Positions 1 through 12,569 are shown, counted from the stretch's first letter. The stretch: DNA of 64,000 bases from Paragordius varius (GCA_964247055.1 OZ176052.1:12648001-12712000); one strand, 5' to 3'. The notes: generated from the letters alone by a model not told the origin. Made by a program: numbers and translations.

Positions 1-2
1 AC

Positions 3-597
3 AGTTTAACATCTGAGAGCGTTACAAATTGGTGATATTAAATTTCACACAAATTAATGACTTATTTAGTGTTGAGTTACGACCGTCTACACTCTACAAT
101 TCGACCGGTAAAACATCATGGCATTGGATAATATAGAAAAATTAGCAAAACTAAGATCTATACGTACAGAGATATGGTAACGTGAATTTCATATTATATA
201 AAGGGGTGTTGCACACAATGCCAATTATCCATTAAGAGCCAGCATGGTTATATTGAGAGTCGCAGTCGGGACAAGAAAATTTTTGCAACCAAATAAAATT
301 TCGCTACGAAGATATCCAACCTCGGTTATAAACCATGTGACGCTTCCAATCATATCAGTACGCTCTAGAATGGGGATAAAATAGGGATTTAGCGTTAAAC
401 AAACATTGCTACCATCGATGAATTTAACATATCTATATGGAGTTGAAATTTTGAATGGATCAACACAAAAGTGGAATGTCCCAAAATACCAATCACACTA
501 TTTATTGGTAAAAGAAACAAGAATAAAATATATTTCAAGTTCATTCGAAGTTAAACATTATAAATGTATAAATTCAATTCGTTTATTTAGTTGTTGA
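3..597 (+). CDS. 3' portion of an unidentified protein-coding gene with micro-introns (5' end outside window)
   Basis: Four GT-AG introns (32-69, 108-136, 177-203, 358-384; 38/29/27/27 nt) join exons into one stop-free frame: SLTSESVTNCVELRPSTLYNSTEKLAKLRSIRTEIWGVAHNANYPLRASMVILRVAVGTRKFLQPNKISLRRYPTSVINHVTLPIISGFSVKQTLLPSMNLTYLYGVEILNGSTQKWNVPKYQSHYLL... It ends at TGA 595-597, or at TAA 552-554 if 508-539 is also an intron. No family recognised. Confidence 0.5.
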
Positions 598-820
598 GTG
601 ATATTAGACATTTATTAGTATTTCGCTAATAGGAGATTTTTGAAATTCAGGACAAGTCTCTTCCTGAAATAATGCTATAATTAAAAATATAAGAAACGGA
701 TTTCCATTAATACAATAAATGACCGCTGAGTGTTTTTCCAAACATTTGTATACCAACTGTCTCGTGATGTTCACCAAAAATATTTATCTATATATTTATA
801 AAAATGGAAAATGCTGGCTT

Positions 821-1669
821 TGTGATCTGGTATAGAAAAACCGGTAGACCAATTCAAATCCAAACTTCGAAAAAATATAATCATTAATGAATGCCCCGAC
901 AATAGCTTCGCCCTTTTTTTGAAATAGGCCCCCAGTTCGGGTCCACCCCGTGTGAAAAACGGTTTTTTTGAACAGAAGTCCATAGAAATCGTCTTTGAGA
1001 CAATTTTCTGGAGAACGCGTTGGTCCATTCTATTTCAAATATGATTTTTGTTTACTTATTTTTGATTGCGCCGAACATAGTCGAGTCACTTTTTTGATTT
1101 AGGCCCTCTTTTTACCCCCTCCCCCCGTAAAATGCCATTTTTTTCAAAAAACAAAGTCCACAAAAATAATTTTTTGATTGTATTTTTTTGCCCAAGGTAT
1201 GAATGAGACTGTAATTTAATAAGGATTTTTCGTATTCCCTGTTAAAAGGCAAAAATTTTAGTCCGTTTCTTTGATGATAGCTGCTGGGTAAGGAGCTACC
1301 CGCTAAAAACTGATTTTTCATGTAATTTTGTGATCTGTTTCCGGAAAACCGGTGAACCCAATCAAATCCAAATATCGAAAAAATATAATCATTAATGAAT
1401 GCCCCGACAATAGCTTCGCCCTTTTTTGGAATTAGGTCCCCAGTTCGGGCCTACCCCGTGTGAAAAATGGGTTAAGTCAATTTTTTGGAGAACGTGTTGG
1501 ACCATTCAATTTCAAATATGATTTTTGTTTACTTATTTTTGATCGCGCTAACATAGTCGACTCACTTTTTTGATTTAGGCCCTCTTTTTACCCGCTACCC
1601 CCGTCAAAAGCCATTTTTTGACAAAACAAAGTCCACAAAAATAATTTTTTAAATCTATTTTTCCCCAAG
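821..1669. repeat. Two diverged direct copies of a ~350-380 bp repeat core (821-1198 and 1330-1669)
   Basis: Shared blocks such as AAAATATAATCATTAATGAATGCCCCGACAATAGCTTCGCCCTTTTTT and CACTTTTTTGATTTAGGCCCTCTTTTTACCC, period ~510 bp. Confidence 0.85.
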
Positions 1670-1800
1670 TAAACAATATATTAGTATGAATGCACCGTTT
1701 TAAAATTCCTATAAAATCATATTTAAATAATGTTTCGAAATAATCCACATATGTGGATCATTTTATTGTCCCTTATTTCAAATAGCCCCCCCACCCCCCA

Positions 1801-1839
1801 GAAGTCCGAAGGACTTCCTCGCACGAGATTTACGCTAGT
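1801..1839 (+). mobile_element. Helitron-like 3' terminus, probably the end of the non-autonomous element containing the 821-1669 repeats
   Basis: Perfect hairpin GAAGTCC-GAA-GGACTTC, second hairpin CTCG-CA-CGAG, then CTAG (1835-1838) followed by T, matching the Helitron hairpin + CTRR|T signature. 5' end not located. Confidence 0.55.
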
Positions 1840-1864
1840 TCACTTATAAATATTAAATGTAATA

Positions 1865-2125
1865 TCTTATTTACATTTCAAATTCACCTTTGAACAATTT
1901 AAATTTCCCTTAAACTAAATTATATGTTTTTTAAAATTAAAAATTACCTGTATTTTGATAAATTTTAAAAAAATAAAATTTTGTTTAAAATTAAAATAAT
2001 ATTGAAAAAATAATAAACTATGCCATAAAGATATATTTCATCTTAATGAGTTTTGTTAGTTCAACATATAATTGTTTTAAGGTGAATTCGAATTGTTTAA
2101 GGGTGAATTTGAACTGTAAATGGTA
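1865..2125. mobile_element. Degenerate MITE related to the 'V' family (AAATGGTA terminus)
   Basis: Inverted repeats ATTTACATTTCAAATTCACCTTTGAACAATT and AATTGTTTAAGGGTGAATTTGAACTGTAAAT; the right end TGTAAATGGTA matches the V-element terminus. Confidence 0.55.
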
Positions 2126-3244
2126 TATTATTAATGCATTAATTATTACTGGCCTGGTCTAAATGATAATTAATAAGCCCTATCTCTTGTTGATATCTCA
2201 ATGCTGACTTGTCTATCAAATACTTCCATAGGTGGATACCCATATTTAGCTTATCCATTAGCAATTAATCTTAATCATGATATTAATTTTTAATAAATGA
2301 AGCTAGTTGATTGTAACAAACTGAGTAAAAATGAAGGTTAAAAATAAAAACACACGGCGCACTAATATATCATTCCATTAAAGGCTTCGGGATAATGAAT
2401 ACTGATCGAAATGATAAATGCGGTTAAAACTCTAGTAAAAAATTATTTCCTTTTTCTGCTAATCGCGTTTTTATAGCACATTAGATCAAATAAAGAGGAA
2501 ATGCGTCCACTAAATTTACAAGGTACTTAAAAGACTTACGAAAATAAAATTTAGAAAATTGCAATTGGGCGTCATATTTCAATAAAAAAGTGATTTAATC
2601 CGTAAAATATATTAATTTTATTTTAACCATCATTTATTACTATATAGATAAGGTTTACCCAATATATCGGTTTAAAAAATTATTTATTCATATAAATAAA
2701 GAAATTTGTTAATATGCACCAAAACAAAGGTTGCCTATTTGTTTTAAAAACATCCAATATAAATTGTCACTTTTTCAATGCAAATCGATACAGAATAAAA
2801 CCTTTATCGATTTAATTTAGTTAGCCGCATTTATTATACTCATTTATATTTTAATTTTGATGGCTTTGATTTTACATATTTATATATGGTAACTCAATAG
2901 TATAAAAATAATATACACCCGTTTATACTATTTCACAAAAAAAATTTAAAATAAAATGGATGAAATAAATAATTTATTTAATTGTTGCTATTGGTGAATA
3001 TTAGGTGGTCTATATCATAAAAAAATATAGTAAATGAACATAAACATGCAGATTTACAAATTCTATAATACTTAAAATTTTTGTAATTGATATACTGTAA
3101 ATTTATTCAAAAGAAAACATAAAAAAAAATAATAAAAAAATTTAATATGAGATCCAAAATGGATATATAAAAAATTTGGAGTATATCGCAAGTTTGATTG
3201 TTTTCATGAAATAATATATATCAAGATTAGGGAAACAGAATAAA

Positions 3245-4271
3245 TTAAAAGGATAAAGCTGACAGGAGTGCTCCACTAACTGAAAATCCAAACGCTATAA
3301 CAAGAAAAACAATATTTCGACGGCCCTAAATATATAAAAATAATTAAAATTAATGAATATTTAAAAAATTTTATTTTAATTTAAAATTGATAAAATTATT
3401 ACTTTGATTTCGTTAAACACAAAAAGTGCCCATAAACCCGCAAGGATAGGCGGTAAACTTGCTATGATGGGAAACGAAACTGTTTGACTCAAAATTTCAT
3501 TGGCAACGAACCAGGCACACGTTGCAATTGCCCATAAAAATCCTAAATTAAACGAACATTTGTCGTACGATGATATAATATAATTATGATGAATGTAAAT
3601 GGTCAAACTTTAATAAATTCCAAAAACTTTTATCACTATATTTATAATTTATTAGTAAAAAAATTGGAATATTGTGTTCAATTTTTGCGTAAATAAAAGA
3701 TAGGCGTTTTGATTCCGTTAAATGGAGGTCAAACGCCATGTTAAAAATAAATTGCAAAAAAGAAAATGGGAAAACAGCTGATTTTTAATATTGTTGACAA
3801 TATAGAGTAAAACACTTTAAGTTGTTACTATTTTATAATAAAGGGACATTTACAAAGCAAATAAAATAGGTAGTCTATCTATTCGATGCTATAGTAGTTT
3901 TGAGATATACAATTTTTAAATATATTAATAAAGCACCAGCATCTCAGTAAAAATAAATATTTAAAATTAGGAAGAAATATTGAATTGTTGGCAAACCTGA
4001 AAGGAATGTTGGTAAAATAATAGGGGCAGATATCCAGGGGGATTTTTTATAAACAACATACCGTATAATGCAGTAAGTTAGGAAATAAAGTGTGGCACAA
4101 AGATATATCCCACTGAAATGAGCAAATATGTATGGTAACCCTAGAATATAATAATCATATTTTTAATGTTAGAAAAGGATACGCATAATTTGAAAAATAT
4201 TTATAATCATTATTTAAATGTACCAAGTTGCATCTGATAGTATTTGGAATAATTTTTTGTGGAGATTATCC

Positions 4272-4307
<36 letters not shown>

Positions 4308-6836
4308 AACTAGTTTAAAAACCATTAAAAGGGTATTTTTTGATAACATATTTTGACTAAAAAATCTTTACCGGCTTTGCTGGCCGAGGGATAATTGTCT
4401 TGAATGTAAATGACCGGAACAAAATTAACCCCGAAAAACGTTCCAGCAATGATAGCAAAAAAACTCCCTCTAAATATAAAATATAATTAGTTATGTTTAA
4501 GAGAAAAAATCTATATTTTACGGACATAATTCCAGATAATTTGCGCTTAAAATCTTTTTATCTATTCAAAATTTGGTATAAATATTGAAGAGATCAATTG
4601 ATAAATGGTGAATCGACTGAATTATAGCAATAAAAATTGATTTTTATTGAAAATATGAAATCATTTTGGTGAAAAAATCAGTAAAAATTGTATAAAATTA
4701 ATTACAAAAATCGGTTTCTAAAATTTGTGTCCTGACGCTTTGTTCGGACCTCGTTCTCAAGTAATGATTGTCTGCAACAAAAATAATATAATCATATAAT
4801 TAAATGGGAAATTAATAAATTAACTAAATTGTTCATAAAATTTAAAAGATATAGGTAATTAAGTTTGATATTTTTATTTAAACACTCAATTTGATCAATC
4901 TGCAATAAAGTGTAATAAACTACTTAGAAAATCGTGTGTTTTGGTCATCATTTATGGTATTTAGATTCGAATCATTGATTATTGTACTAGAGTTGAGTAT
5001 CTCGCTATTTTCCAATAAATTATTGTTTTCAACAGCATTTAGCGGACGATCCTGTTCATATATAGAATGAGTGTCATTTTTGAATTTATTTTCCCTTTTC
5101 ATTGCATTGTTGCCTTCGTTAGAATTTGCATTTTGACGATTGTTAATCGTATAAGTACTGTGAGATTTTATGCTCAAGTAAAATAGAGCGCTAAATATGG
5201 TTTAAAAAGGATTAAAATATAAAATTTAATTCCATAAAAAGCGTATATCATGATCTTAGAATTCCACAAACACATTTAAAGATTGGAGATGATAAGGCAA
5301 TATACAATTCATAAATGATGTTTCAAACAAACTAAACAATCCAAAAATATTTCTTTTAAATTAATTAAAAATTTAGTCAATTTTTATATAAAAATGAACC
5401 AAAACACTTTAATACAAAAAAAATAACAGATTAAAACCTAATTAATTCCAAATTAAAAAAAAACTAAACATCATTTATCATGATAACAAATATCAAAAAA
5501 TGCTTAATATTACACTCAAGAGTTACAATTTATGGTACCATGATAACTTGAAATATTCATTCATTATAATTAATATATTAAACTAAAAAACTAATTTACA
5601 GTAGCATATGGTATAAAACAATATTAGTCCGTAAAAGAATAAAAAATTGTTTTTTTTATAAAAACAAGGGGATATTATGGATATGTGTATATACAACTAA
5701 GTTTGCTTTTTTTTAAAAAACCTTTTTTTATTCTTTTAAGGACTAATAATGTTTTATGCCATACGCTACTGTATTTAATAGTCATGGATCTCCAACATGT
5801 GGTAAGCCTGGTACTGATTTGGATTTATATAAATGTGCCAAAAATTATATGCCTATGAAGATAAAAAAATTTATGTGTGCATATAAAATTATGAACCTAA
5901 TGACTGAAAAGACACATGCCGTATAATTCATAATTGGATAATGTGGTATTCTAGCTCTGAGTCCAAATAATCCAAATCTAAATGATAAAAAAATAAATGA
6001 ATTAGTTATTCAACAATTAAGTTTTTTTCCAAATAAAATACCTGCCACAGGCCCATCCGACAAGAAGATTTAAAGTTGCCCAAATGCAAACTCCCAAACC
6101 AAGACCGATAGTTTTGAGAATAACACTAACGCAAAGCCCCCCTAAAAAATTACCGATCAAAACAATAAATATGATTATAATGTGAATCCGCTTAGCTTTT
6201 AAAATAAACTGCGCCTATATTTCAATACACAATGACTTTAAAATCCTCGTTTTTTGAAATAGAGTGATGTTGAAAATAAAATTTTGGTAAACCCGCATCA
6301 TGGGCCAAAAATAATTAAAAATAAATATATCCATAGAATATTTAGTTAATATATAAATTAAATATTTGTAAATTATATCAAAAAAAGCTATGGGAATGTG
6401 AGCCATTTATTTTTCCCACAATAGGACTCATTATAAGGTGGTTTGCCTTTAATCTTTTTCGAAAATGAATTAAATAGCAGAATCATTGATATAATATATT
6501 CGGCATAAATAAATATATAACAAAATTGTAAAAATAAAATACCTGTTGCCCAAAAAATTCCTCCCACCATAGCTAAAGAATAAAATTGCGGATTGCCTTT
6601 CCATATATTGAGCAATAAACCAGTAATCCATATTGCCGAACAATACACCCAATTAAAAAAGAAACCTATTTAAACAATATTTAATTTAACGCCAAAAACA
6701 TGGTTAAAATTTAAGTATTACCATCTCCAGTATCATGTTTCTTAACCAGAGCTAAATTGCTTCCAAACAAGATAACAGATATAAAACAAGCAATGTATCC
6801 TACATATAATGGGAATTCGGAATCATTGGAAATCAT
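3245..6836 (-). CDS. TMEM144: Transmembrane protein 144 (drug/metabolite transporter superfamily-like), 10 exons, 404 aa
   Basis: Exons 6836-6722, 6665-6543, 6141-6042, 5977-5897, 5190-4924, 4771-4706, 4469-4372, 4140-3997, 3542-3403, 3325-3245; all GT-AG, phases consistent, 1215 nt total. Motifs LFGSNLALVKKHDTGDG, GGIFWATG, KTIGLGLG..IWA, YIFAHFSGI, FLSGFLWAIATCAWFVAN...VSFPII, W.LFVFNEIKG match TMEM144. Confidence 0.95.
4274..4304. repeat. (AT)n microsatellite in a TMEM144 intron; further (AT)n tracts in each array unit (e.g. ~14485, ~14690, ~35660, ~35860, ~36410, ~47040, ~47245)
   Basis: Direct reading. Confidence 0.9.
5599..5771. mobile_element. 173-bp Tc1/mariner-type MITE in TMEM144 intron 4
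   Basis: TA|CAGTAGCATATGGTATAAAACAATATTAGTCC...GGACTAATAATGTTTTATGCCATACGCTACTG|TA: ~50-bp TIRs, CAGT termini, TA target duplication. Confidence 0.8.
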
Positions 6837-6935
6837 AAATCCACCAATCTTTAGTTTTTCTTCTCATAAAAGCCAATAATAGTTTTGATAATAATGTTAC
6901 AGTGAATGCACGTTTAGACCGTATGGAAAAGAATT
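6837..6935. promoter_or_regulatory. Putative compact bidirectional promoter / shared 5' region of TMEM144 and IDH3A
   Basis: Divergent ATGs at 6836 (-) and 6936 (+) separated by 99 bp. Regulatory role inferred from geometry only. Confidence 0.6.
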
Positions 6936-9399
6936 ATGTTAAAGTTTAGATTTTTAAAACATGTCAGATATGTCTCTCAAAAGGTATAATCTTCATTTAT
7001 TTATAAGGTCCACACTGTCACTTTGATTCCAGGAAATGGAATAGGACCCGATATTTCAGACGCTGTTAAAAAAATATTTCAAGTTGCGCAGGTTTGAATT
7101 ATTTAAAAAATAATTAAATAAACCTTTATATCCATAATATTAAAATATAATGTCATTGAAATATGAATTTATTAGGCGCCCATAAAATGGGAAAGTGTGG
7201 ATGTAACACCCGTGAGAGCTCCAGATGGATCTTTACAAATTCCAAATGCCGTTATCGAAAGTTTTAAAAGAAACAAAGTTGGTTTAAAAGGTCCATTAGC
7301 TACTCCTATCGGGACCGGTCATCGCTCATTAAACCTTGCTATTCGCAAGTATTATTTTTTTATAGGAAATTATTTATATATAAAGGCAGATTGAGTATTT
7401 TTTTAATATCTTATTAATATCATTTAATTAGAACATTTACACTTTACGCCAATGTTAGACCATGTAAATCGCTTGAAGGATATCCGACTCGATATAACGA
7501 TGTCGATTTGGTCATTATACGCGAAAATACGGAAGGTGAATATTCTGGAATCGAACATATAGTATAATATAATATTCAATTTAGTTTGATCTTAAATTAT
7601 CGCATTTTTATTTATGAAAATGTTTAAGGCACATATTACAAATTTAATTTTACTTTGCTCAATAAGTTTTTTTTATTTACCATGATAGATTGTTGATGGC
7701 GTTGTCCAAAGCATAAAACTGATTACTCACGAAGCCTCAATGAAAATCGCTAATTTCGCCTTCAAATACGCTCGCGAAAATAAACGAAAACGCGTTACTG
7801 CAGTTCATAAAGCAAATATCATGTAAAATAATTAACGTAGTGTGTTTATGCTCATATATCGACATGTGTTGAATTTTATTTTTTCAATAGTTTTTAACTG
7901 TTATAATATATAAAATTTTTATATTAGGCGAAAATCTGATGGATTGTTTTTACAATGTTGCCGTGAAGCGGCGGAAAACAACAAGGACATTGATTTTGAA
8001 GAAATATTTTTGGACACGGCTTGTTTGAAGGTGTGTTTTTTAATTTTTACCTTTTTTCTATTTAGAGGTGGATATATATTTAAAAAGCAAAATAAAAATA
8101 GATTTGTTTAAATTAAATACTTGAGTCTATTTTGTAATAATGTATAATAGGTGATATAACACGCGACTAAAAAATTTAGGAGATACCATTCTACTTTGTT
8201 TGTTCAAAATATATCAGCATTCTATTTTGCAAAAATGTATTTTTAGATGGTACACAATCCTGCTCGGTTCGATGTTTTAGTTATGCCAAATCTTTACGGC
8301 GATATTCTTAGGTTAATTTCTCTTATCTATTTTAAATTGCGGTTGGTTACAATTAAAACTTTTTATTTAATCCACTTTTGAGGTGGGAATTATTATACAT
8401 TATTTTGTAAAGATAAAATGTTATCCAATTAAAAATAATTTTAATTTATTTAATATTTATTTTTTTGTTTAGCGATTTAGGTGCCGGTTTAATTGGCGGG
8501 CTTGGTTTAACGCCCAGTGCTAATATTGGCGATAAGGGTGCTGTATTTGAAGCGGTAAGTATAATATAATTCTAATTTAATTAAAATTTAAATAGAAACC
8601 ATCTATATGTTTTGGTTGTACGAATAAGGATTAGAATCTTAAATATAATAATTATTGTAATATATGGAAAAAAATATGGTTTTCATTACATAATTAATCT
8701 TACATTTTTTTTTATTAAATTTAAATTTGTATGTGAATTTTGTAATTAAGGTTCATGGAACAGCGCCGGACATTGCTGGTCAAGACAAAGCTAATCCGAC
8801 TGCTCTCTTACTAAGCGGAGTTATGATGCTAAAATATTTGGGTCTTCCTATTCATGCCAAAAATATTGCATTGGCTTGCTTTGAAACCATTAAGGAGGGA
8901 AAGGTGAGCGCATAAGCATTGTTTTTACCTGCACTTAATAAATGGAATTAAAATCAAATTAAACAATAAATAATTTTAAAGTTTTTCTAATCTTACCGAC
9001 GATATAAACATGCCCCACTTTTTTGTTTAAAAAAAATCGCATAGGTCAAATTGAACATTTTTTTTGATTTGTGCACAAAAATAATATTTTTTTGTCAAAT
9101 GATGCACATGAACAGCATTAATTAAACAAAATAAAAGATGATTCGATTTCCAAGAACAGTTTATTGTGGATTGACTGAATTATTTTAACCCAATATGGGT
9201 TAGCAAAAAATGTCTTTTCTCATAACTTATGATACAGTCATTTTTATAAAATTATTAACTTTAAACCTTTATTAAATGATTACATATATTTTTGAAATAT
9301 GAAATTTAGTATCGAACCGTAGATCTTGGAGGTACCGCCAAATGTTCCGAATTTACGGGGGAAATTTGTCGCAAACTCGAACAATTGCCAATTAAATAA
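6936..9399 (+). CDS. IDH3A: Mitochondrial NAD-dependent isocitrate dehydrogenase subunit alpha, 10 exons, 353 aa
   Basis: Exons 6936-6983, 7008-7091, 7176-7348, 7432-7561, 7689-7822, 7928-8030, 8247-8311, 8473-8554, 8751-8903, 9310-9399 (1062 nt, phases consistent). Basic N-terminal presequence-like [16 protein letters not shown]; motifs [77 protein letters not shown]. Confidence 0.97.
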
Positions 9400-11063
9400 G
9401 TGTCTTGCCAGAATTTTCCTATCATCAGTCATATTTAATAAGAAATGCATTTGAACAATAGCCATCAATTAATTTATAATACTCCTATTCAAATTATATG
9501 ATATAAGCATAATATGTGTACTTTTAAGTACATCGCATTGGTTTCCCAAAAGTTAAATTTTTATGGAATGTTTTTTTACCTATTATAGATTTACAATTTT
9601 TATTGGAAAAAATGTATTGCTTAGCTAAATATACATGTTAGTTAGGGCAAACATTTTGAGTTTTTAGCGAATTTGTTGTGTGATATTTTATGATTATTAA
9701 TAAATATGTATTTATTCAATTTAACCCATATAGAAAACAAAATATTTCATTTATTATTGATTTTCAAATTTTAAATCATTGTGGATAAAATTGTCAATAA
9801 TGACGCTTTATTGTGCCTGTTACATATATAAAATTTAAAAAATAGGATAATTTTATGGTTGGGTTTTATAGTAAGGATCATTGCAGGACAGCTAAAACTG
9901 AATAAACCTATAGCTATACCAGGTGAAGTTATAAATTACTGTTTTTTTTGGTAAAAAAATATTATTATAAAAAACATTATTTTTATTTCAAATATTGTGC
10001 ATGGGCTTCTACACCTTTCGCCCATCTTTGTAATATATGAATGCCGTGCCAGAAAGACCTATTGTCTCTTCTGGCAAACCATTGATTAAATCATTTTCCA
10101 ACATCTTATATACTATTCAAGTGCTGTTCTGCCAGGGTGGTCCCCATTTATACGGAAATTGTATTAGTCAGATGGCGCCAGGCCAAAAGAGTTTAACGTG
10201 CTAAATCTCCCATAGAACGTATTTTAAGCTATCTTTTACTGTGATACGGAATATATCATATTATAATTTATATTATTTTTTAAAATTAAAATTTTATTCA
10301 TGCTATTTTGAAGGATGGTGGAATCGATAAATAAATGTTTTGAGCTAATACTTTATGATTCTATCACCTTAGAATTTCGATTAGTTTGCCTTCAAATTTA
10401 ATTTAAATATAAATGGTTTTAATTTACTCAAATTTGAGATTAAACTAAACAAAATTTTGATGATAGAAATGTTCAGCATTATAAAATTGTATATAAAAAG
10501 TGATTTTATAACATACTAAAATGTTTTTTACCATTTCACGTTTCAAAATATAATAAAATTTGCACTACCAAAATTATGCTATTTAAATTTTTAAGCAAAA
10601 TATATTTTTTCGAAAATCGATGTCAAAATTTGGGGAATATTTAATTTTTATCGCGCAATATCGACATTTTCGCGTTTAATAAAAAACTAGCCCATTTTAT
10701 ATGGGATCAAAAATTGGGACCATTGGAGTCTACGTCTAAAGTTTTAAAATTAATAAAAATATTGTTTTGCATTTTAATATAGTTTAAAACAATGATATTT
10801 TTTGGAAACTTTTCTTAAAAAATTATCATTAGATATAATGTGCAATAATATTATTGCTACAAAAATGCAACTACTTTTAATTTTTCCTTCGTAAGGTCCG
10901 ATACCAGCATCAGAATTTATACATACTATTAGAATTAATATTTCATCAGGATGTTTTTTGAGTAGATTGTGTAATTCAATGATGCTGAAGATTCTATAAT
11001 TTTAGATTTTTTATAAAAAAATGTTTTTGACTAAGATTGATTTTTTTGTAAAACCCACATACA

Positions 11064-11300
11064 CAGAGTTTGCATCTGTGGCGCCTGGTGTATGAATGCG
11101 TGTTGGCGCCTGCATTTTAAAAAATAATCAAATTAAAACCGTGGTCTTGATCACTCATAAATGGGTGATTTTATATATTTATTTAAATTAATAACTTTTA
11201 AATACCTATTTTTTGAATTAAAATTATTTTTATTTAAAATCCGGCGCCCTTTTAACTATGGCGCCGGATCCTTCCTTTCCTCCCTCTAGCTACGCCACTG
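11064..11300. mobile_element. hAT-like MITE (~220-240 bp) in U1; copies at 19435-19654, 31738-32576 (interrupted), 40578-42968 (interrupted), 51506-51748
   Basis: Right end CTAGCTACGCCACTG is the reverse complement of a CAGTGGCGTAGC-type terminus; the left end is CAGAGGTGTAGC/T in the better copies; internal GGCGCC motifs. No clean 8-bp TSD seen. Confidence 0.6.
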
Positions 11301-12569
11301 ATTTCACATCAATTTGAAAACGAATGAATTTAACGAAAAATCTGAGGTGATAGGAAATTTCAGCATTACTTATTTATATAGAAAAAGTATTTTTGCCATT
11401 ATAGGGCTTATTTATTTATACCTTTTTCAACATGTTCAAAATAGCATAAAATGCTGTTAACCAATAAAATTAGAATTAAATTTTTAATTTTTGAGGATAT
11501 ATGCGTTAAAAAATTTGATGTCATATTCTAGCATAATTCTTATCGCACAAAGTAAGTCGACACTAGAAAACAGTCCATTTTGAAGGGGCCTAGATATTTA
11601 GAATTTTCCGCTCCATCTAAAAATTAATTTTTAAATATAAAATTCATTATCTTTTCATATATAGTTTAGCATATATTTGAATGATATTTTTTAAATAATA
11701 TTTCATCATATTTTTTACATTCCCCGATTTTGGATTTAATGTAATAAGTTGTGTAAGAAAGATGTTGCTCACTCAATTAATTGTTATTTGTTTAATTTGT
11801 GATCACAATCTAATTTTTTATGAACCATAAAATAGCCTTTTTAGGATATATTTTGACAATTCTCAAAGCTAACTTTGATAACCCAAAAATATATTTAGTG
11901 TTTTTTTAATAACATTTAAATCCATATAAAAGAATATTCCCCATATTGTGCGTGGATTCGTAGCGATTTTCGATATGGATTAACTGTCATAGTGGAACTT
12001 TTTGAACTTAAAAATCTTTTAAATATATGATCGAATTTAGTCTAAAAATTAAATTTTAGCCATATTCTGGAGCCCGTGATTTTGCAGAACCTTCCAATAA
12101 ATGTTCATTTGAGTATTTTTATTACATCTTAATTATTATTATCATGATTTTAAAATCGGACCAAGTTGATACTTTGGAATTTAAATATTTATAAGCATAT
12201 CTATCTTTTTTCAATAATAGCAAACGCAGAAGTTTTTATTGTGTTATTTTCTCGATTGCCGTACGTTTTTGTGACTCGTTTGTTGGCCACTATCATGATT
12301 ATCGTATTGACGCAATTATAATTTTAATTTACGCGATAAAAATACATCAATTATTGATTTATATAACTGACTTTATTGCTAGTCTATTTACAACATTTTT
12401 CTCTCAAGCATTGTTTTAAATCTTAAAATCTTAAGACTTTTTTTTATCAACCTTCACACTAGAAAAGAATTTTTTTTGAGTGCTATTATATTAAATTTAA
12501 AATATATTAAATATACATGAAAAAATAGGAACAATTAACAGTTTTTTAACATGTCTATTATTTTTATAG

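Noticed and set aside
63-130. LVLSYDRLHSTIRPVKHH resembling a GPCR DRY motif
   Set aside because: The frame closes at once and has no TM context; another frame fits the spliced gene model.
6380-6450. Possible alternative TMEM144 exon 3 in intron 2 (LIMSPIVGKI-like)
   Set aside because: It is out of phase with exon 2 and has no matching donor; the true exon 3 at 6141-6042 fits perfectly.
9280-9468. Minus-strand ORFs MMAIVQMHF... (also 38842-39033, 49729-49920)
   Set aside because: They are the antisense shadow of the IDH3A terminal exon and its duplicates.
9870-10250. Coding-like block downstream of the IDH3A stop, repeated in each unit
   Set aside because: No frame stays open across copies on either strand and no family is recognisable, so it is not called as a feature.
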